Assembly (NCBI GenBank): GCA_000092065.1
Contig: CP000586.1
Origin: Ostreococcus lucimarinus
Lineage: Eukaryota
Length of the DNA: 64,000 nt
Strand: one strand, 5' to 3'
Positions 59,912-64,000 of this stretch are shown here, piece after piece. Each line of letters begins with the position of its first letter. Position 1 is the stretch's first letter. The position numbers and the translations under genes were made by a program. The notes beneath the pieces were generated by a model that worked only from the letters and a program-made list of their open reading frames with translations, had not been told where the DNA came from and made no database searches.

Positions 59912-62163
59912 TCACGCGGCATGCGACCCAAAACCTTTATGGCCGGGCAACACTACGCTTTCATGGATCGCGAGAGCATAATCTTGCGCGATGCTCGGGT
60001 TCGAATGTTCCAGTTCACGGAAGCTGTCTGTGTGGCTCACTTCATTCCATTGCTGCTGACCAATCTTCACGGCGGCTTTCCATAGAGGCGCGTTCCGGGA
60101 CAAAGACGCGATTTTAGCGGCAGCAGCCGCGTTTTTCACGTTCAACTCCTTCCTCATACGATCTATGCAGTAGCCCGGTAAGCCGTCGATTTTCAAACGT
60201 TTGGCGAGCTCATACAGTTCAAGCAACATGTCCGCCTGCGGATGCACGGGGATTTGGTAAATCCAGCGTAAAGCGGCCAAAACGACGGGTACACTGGAGT
60301 CCGTGATGACTATACGCTTCATAGAATCCTTTTCGGGTGAAACCATGCGACGAACGGTGAAGGAAACGACGACAAAAAAGCAATAGAGAGCCCTCACGAG
60401 AAGAGCCATGATGGTTCCGAGATAGCGATAGTAGTGCTGCGTGATTTTCATCGCGTCAGGCTTACGTTCGAGCGCAGCAGTCATCGGAGACTTTTCCATG
60501 AGCTCTGCGAGATATTTTGAACCCTCTCTCACGACTTCTGTGTGAGCGAAAATCTTGCAATCACCGACGATGAACTCCAAGTCACCCGTGTCGTGCGAAC
60601 CTTTGATGGGCACGTGAAGTGACCCCCCAAGCAAACCTCCTTTCGAGCCGTATACACCCCTTTCATTCAGCTGCGTGAGAATATTTTGCTCAAGATTAGA
60701 CTCAATTTCGGTCTCTTGAACAGCTTCGTCCAGTTCTTTGCCTTCGCCTCTCGTCGCCACAGCGCCGCCCTCTTCGTCGCCCTCGTCGTACTGAGGGATT
60801 TTGCCCGTGTACGTCATATTCAACTCACTTTCTTCTTCTCCCGTGGGGAATGGAAGATAAGCTTCAAGATTAATCGCTATACACACACCAGCTTCCTCTG
60901 GAGAAGCTCTGATACTCGGATCACGGGAACCGTGCAAGATGACAAGGGCGCCGTCGACGCACGCCCCGGCGTGGCTAAATCGCGGGTCGGTGTCGGATTC
61001 CGGGTTGAGTCGCGCCCACTCCGCGGTAGGAAAGTGAAAGACGTACGTGTCACCAAGCACATCGTCTTGCAACAATACTCGGCCGCCATGGACGATCCAA
61101 TTCGCACCATACACGCAAGATAAGAAGGAAGTTCTCGGACTCGGCACTTGCCCGGCTCGCGCCACCATCGTCCAACGCGGCGTACCCGCCGCAGAAAGCT
61201 GAAGGACCCAAACAACCATTTCGATGGAAGTTTCGTTTGGACTTAAGATATAAAGCGTCGAATTTCGTGCCGCCATCGCGCACGCGTCACCACCAACCGG
61301 ATGCTTCCACTGCGTGTCGATGGTGAGCCATTCCGATTCCGCCAAGTCGAACCCATACAGATCATTATATATGACAACATCCTGTCCCGGCTGCACATCC
61401 TTCCCCGCGAAAACGAACAAGACGTTATCGGATATGCACATGCAATGTCCCGTGCGCGACGGCGGGGGGTCACCGATGACGTCCACCAGCGTCCACGTGC
61501 ACGCCACAAAGTCGAACACCCACAAATCGTTCAAGCATCCGAATTGCCCTTGACCACCGAAAACGTACAGCAAATCCCCGTGCACGACCGCGCCGTGTCC
61601 ATATCGACCCGGGGGCACGCCAACTTCGCCATCCGCCGCCGTGGCGGCGACTTCGTAACACGCCCCTCGTCCGCTCCACCTGTACACGCTCGTCACGAAT
61701 TCTCCCTCGTGCGCCAATCCTCCGTACGTGTACACCTCGTCCTCCCACACGAACGCCGCGGTTCCGACGAAGTAACCTTCTTCATCTTCGTACCCATCCT
61801 CATCCTCGTCATCGTCCCCATCGAACGCGTTCGCGCCGTCGACGGCGTCCTCTTCTTCGCCGAACTCGTTTACGCGTCCCGCGCGCGTCGTCGTCGTCGT
61901 CGTCGTCGCCCCGCCCCGTCCGATCGTCACCTCCGTCGTCCGACGCGCGACGCGCGCGCGTTCGATCGTCGTCTCGCCCTCGCGCGCGATCCCGCGCGCG
62001 TCGTCTCCGAGTCCTTCGTCGTCGTCTCGCGTCAGCGCGTCCGCGAGCGCGTTCAAAAACGCCGCGCGCGATTGCTGCGGCGCGACGCCCTTCGCCCTGG
62101 CCAGCGCGCTGAGCTGCTTCGTCGTCATCGACGTCAGCGGCACGCCGTCGTGTTCGAGCGCCA
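59912..62163 (-). CDS. Kelch-repeat beta-propeller protein with C-terminal BTB/POZ domain and N-terminal SAP-like motif (LZTR1-like architecture)
   Basis: Kelch-like blades (..GRYGHGAVVHGDLLYVFGG..; ..RTGHCMCISDNVLFVFAG..). C-terminal BTB (DLEFIVGDCKIFAHTEVVREGSKYLAELM...VVLAALRWIYQ). N-terminal MTTKQLSALARAKGVAPQQSRAAFLNALADAL is SAP-like. Start set at ATG 62163. The ORF is open to 62719 through an Arg/Ser/Pro-rich leader. Confidence 0.5.
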
Positions 62164-62354
62164 TGTCGAGCGCGTCGACGTGTGCGGCGCCGATCGCGTC
62201 GCATCGCGCCGATCGTCCCGACGCGCAACACCCAGCCAGACGCGCGCGAGACGTCGACGCGGCGCCGGCGAGGACGCGAAGGGAGCGACGGGAGCGACGC
62301 GAGCGACGCGAGCGCGCGAACGCGCGAACGCGACGACGGGACGACGCGCGCGGG

Positions 62355-64000
62355 ATGGACGAGCGCGCGCCGCTCGTCGGTGGACGCGAGCGCCAACACC
62401 CAGGCCGGGCGACCGATGGGGACGGAAGCGCGCGCGCGGGACGACGGACGGACGTGGAGAGCGGGAAGGCTGAGCGAGGACGCGCGCGAGGAGTGAGTGG
62501 ACGGACGGTGACGTACGCGGGCGCGTTCGTGGTGTTGTCGGCGTGCGCGTGCGCGCTGCTCGGAGGCGGACGGTTTCCCGTGGACGCGCTGCCGAGAGCG
62601 GCGCGGGGGTTTCTATTTAGACGCTTGCGAGCGAAAGATGAGGCGATGACGGCGCAGTTGAGCGCACCGGCGGTGTTTGATGATTTCTGCCGGGCGATCG
62701 GGAGGGACGGCGCGTGCAAAGATGTCGTCGCCGCGCGCGCGGGACTCGGCGCGGTGGGCGAGGAGACGTTTGAAGCTTTGGTGGATCGGGCGAGAGCGAT
62801 GAAACGTGATGAGAGCGACGATAGCGTCGGGTTCTTAGGAGCTTACGATGGGATGATGTCGGGGATGTTGGATCAACCTCGGACTTTCGTGAAGCTTGTC
62901 CCGGAGTGGGCCACGGCTGGGCTGGGTTTTGAAGGCGGCGCCGACTCCAGCGACGGTGCGGAGGCGAAGAAGTTGAGCCTCTTCGTCGCGGACGTCTTTC
63001 CATTGCTGCGTAAGTATCCAGACTGGGATATGTCTGATACGAACGCCATTCGCTTTCTCACTAGACACATCAATGAAGAAAACTTCAGCGTCGATGACGT
63101 CGAGTTGTCTGATTTCATGCGCGCCTCGAGCTCCACGGCGGCTCTTTCCAAGAGGGAAAAGAGCACCATCCGTGGTGTCTTACCTCCCAAAGACGTCAAT
63201 CGACGCGTGCCACTTTCACCGCACGCTTCATCCGATGAGACGCACGGGGTGCACCATTTCTTGACCAGACTGCCGGCGCTCGGCAAGGTGGAATTACGAG
63301 CGAAAGACAACAGGCTTCCCACGAGCTTTGATGCGCGCGTTGCGTACCCGAAATGCTCTCGACTTTTAGGCGCGGTCAGAGACCAGGGTAGATGTGGGTC
63401 CTGCTGGGCCGTTGCGGCGACGGAAGTCATGAATGATCGTCTCTGCGTCGCCACTGACGGCGAAAACGCGGACGAGCTCTCGCCCCAATACGCCCTCTCG
63501 TGCTTCGACAGCGGCTCAGGTTGTGACGGTGGCGACGTCTTAGACACTTTACGGATCGCATTCACCAAGGGTATACCATACGGTGGTATGTTAGACTCGA
63601 ACGCGTGCTTACCGTATGAGTTTGAGGCGTGCGATCATCCATGCATGGTTGCTGGCACGACGCCGCAGAGCTGTCCAGCGAAGTGCGCGGACGGTTCCGC
63701 CTTGTCCTTTGTTCACCCCACATCCGAGCCATACACGTGCCCAAAAGGAGACGTCACGTGTATTGCGAGAGAGATAATGGAAAACGGTTCCGTGGCTGTG
63801 ACTTTTGGACCCGTCTACGCCGACTTCTACAGGCACACGGGCTCGGGTGTGTACACGGTCCCCAACGACGCTGGCGAGCCACTCGGACAGCACGCGACGA
63901 AGCTCATCGGTTGGGGGGTCTCGGAAGAGGGAGAACATTACTGGTGGATGGTGAACTCGTGGAGAAACTGGGGTGAAAACGGCGTGAGCAAAGTGCGCAT
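62355..64000 (+). CDS. Cathepsin B-like papain-family cysteine protease with long N-terminal extension. Partial: runs off the 3' end of the window
   Basis: LPTSFDARVAYPKCSRLLGAVRDQGRCGSCWAVAATEVMNDRLCVAT is the cathepsin B Cys-active-site region. HATKLIGWGVSEEGEHYWWMVNSWRNWGENG is the His/Asn region. Not in the ORF track because there is no stop in the window. The first in-frame ATG is 62355, with an alternative at 62646. A hydrophobic stretch YAGAFVVLSACACALLGG is encoded at about 62515..62570. Confidence 0.7.
   Translation, partial: MDERAPLVGGRERQHPGRATDGDGSARAGRRTDVESGKAERGRARGVSGRTVTYAGAFVVLSACACALLGGGRFPVDALPRAARGFLFRRLRAKDEAMTAQLSAPAVFDDFCRAIGRDGACKDVVAARAGLGAVGEETFEALVDRARAMKRDESDDSVGFLGAYDGMMSGMLDQPRTFVKLVPEWATAGLGFEGGADSSDGAEAKKLSLFVADVFPLLRKYPDWDMSDTNAIRFLTRHINEENFSVDDVELSDFMRASSSTAALSKREKSTIRGVLPPKDVNRRVPLSPHASSDETHGVHHFLTRLPALGKVELRAKDNRLPTSFDARVAYPKCSRLLGAVRDQGRCGSCWAVAATEVMNDRLCVATDGENADELSPQYALSCFDSGSGCDGGDVLDTLRIAFTKGIPYGGMLDSNACLPYEFEACDHPCMVAGTTPQSCPAKCADGSALSFVHPTSEPYTCPKGDVTCIAREIMENGSVAVTFGPVYADFYRHTGSGVYTVPNDAGEPLGQHATKLIGWGVSEEGEHYWWMVNSWRNWGENGVSKVR

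Noticed and set aside
1-64000. Prokaryotic interpretation (operons, CRISPR, defence islands)
   Set aside because: There are spliceosomal introns with GT..AG and branch-like CTGAC. Eukaryote-specific genes are present: SMC4, formin, BEACH, LSM4, UBC9, EMC4, prefoldin, CPAP. There are no Shine-Dalgarno-spaced operons and no CRISPR repeats.

Overview
This 64-kb window is eukaryotic nuclear DNA, not prokaryotic. It is visibly very GC-rich, with pervasive (GAC/GTC/CGT)n codon repeats, though I did not compute the GC content. Genes are tightly packed on both strands: several gaps are under 350 bp head-to-head and some are only 20-60 bp tail-to-tail. Most genes are single long exons. TGTAA poly(A)-like signals, SHAQKYF-type MYB, homogentisate prenyltransferase, TGD2, DUF819, ferredoxin and a PLA-I-type patatin gene point to a green-lineage alga with a compact, intron-poor genome. 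A prasinophyte or Mamiellophyceae-like picoalga such as Micromonas would fit, but that is inference only. From remembered family motifs I can support about 33 protein-coding genes. They include a Piezo channel (2402 aa), condensin SMC4, an MT-A70 adenine methyltransferase, formin, plasma-membrane H+-ATPase and a BEACH-domain giant protein (2463 aa). They also include glutathione synthetase, UBC9, EMC4, prefoldin-5, LSM4, a TlyA-type rRNA methyltransferase, an SBDS with a C-terminal MBD-like tail, Oxa1/Alb3, TGD2, a CPAP/SAS-4 G-box protein and a cathepsin-B-like protease that runs off the 3' end. I found no rRNA, CRISPR or clear transposon. I could not verify any tRNA. The most unusual observations are these. 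(i) A low-GC patch inside the LRR-armadillo-patatin (PLA-I-like) gene carries five short AT-rich introns sharing a GAATTAATT motif, in an otherwise intron-poor GC-rich neighbourhood. (ii) Two tandem, diverged paralogues of an unknown CxnCxxC protein family. (iii) A type-II membrane protein built from three ~95-aa four-cysteine repeats of unknown family. (iv) An MT-A70 methyltransferase with an NPPW motif sharing a bidirectional promoter with SMC4. (v) An SBDS-MBD-like fusion placed 76 bp head-to-head with LSM4. (vi) GC-rich introns in the MYB and SMC4 genes sharing a 5' motif. (vii) A small insertion-like element flanked by 10-bp direct repeats in the GSH2/CPAP bidirectional promoter. All identifications are from motif memory without database searches.
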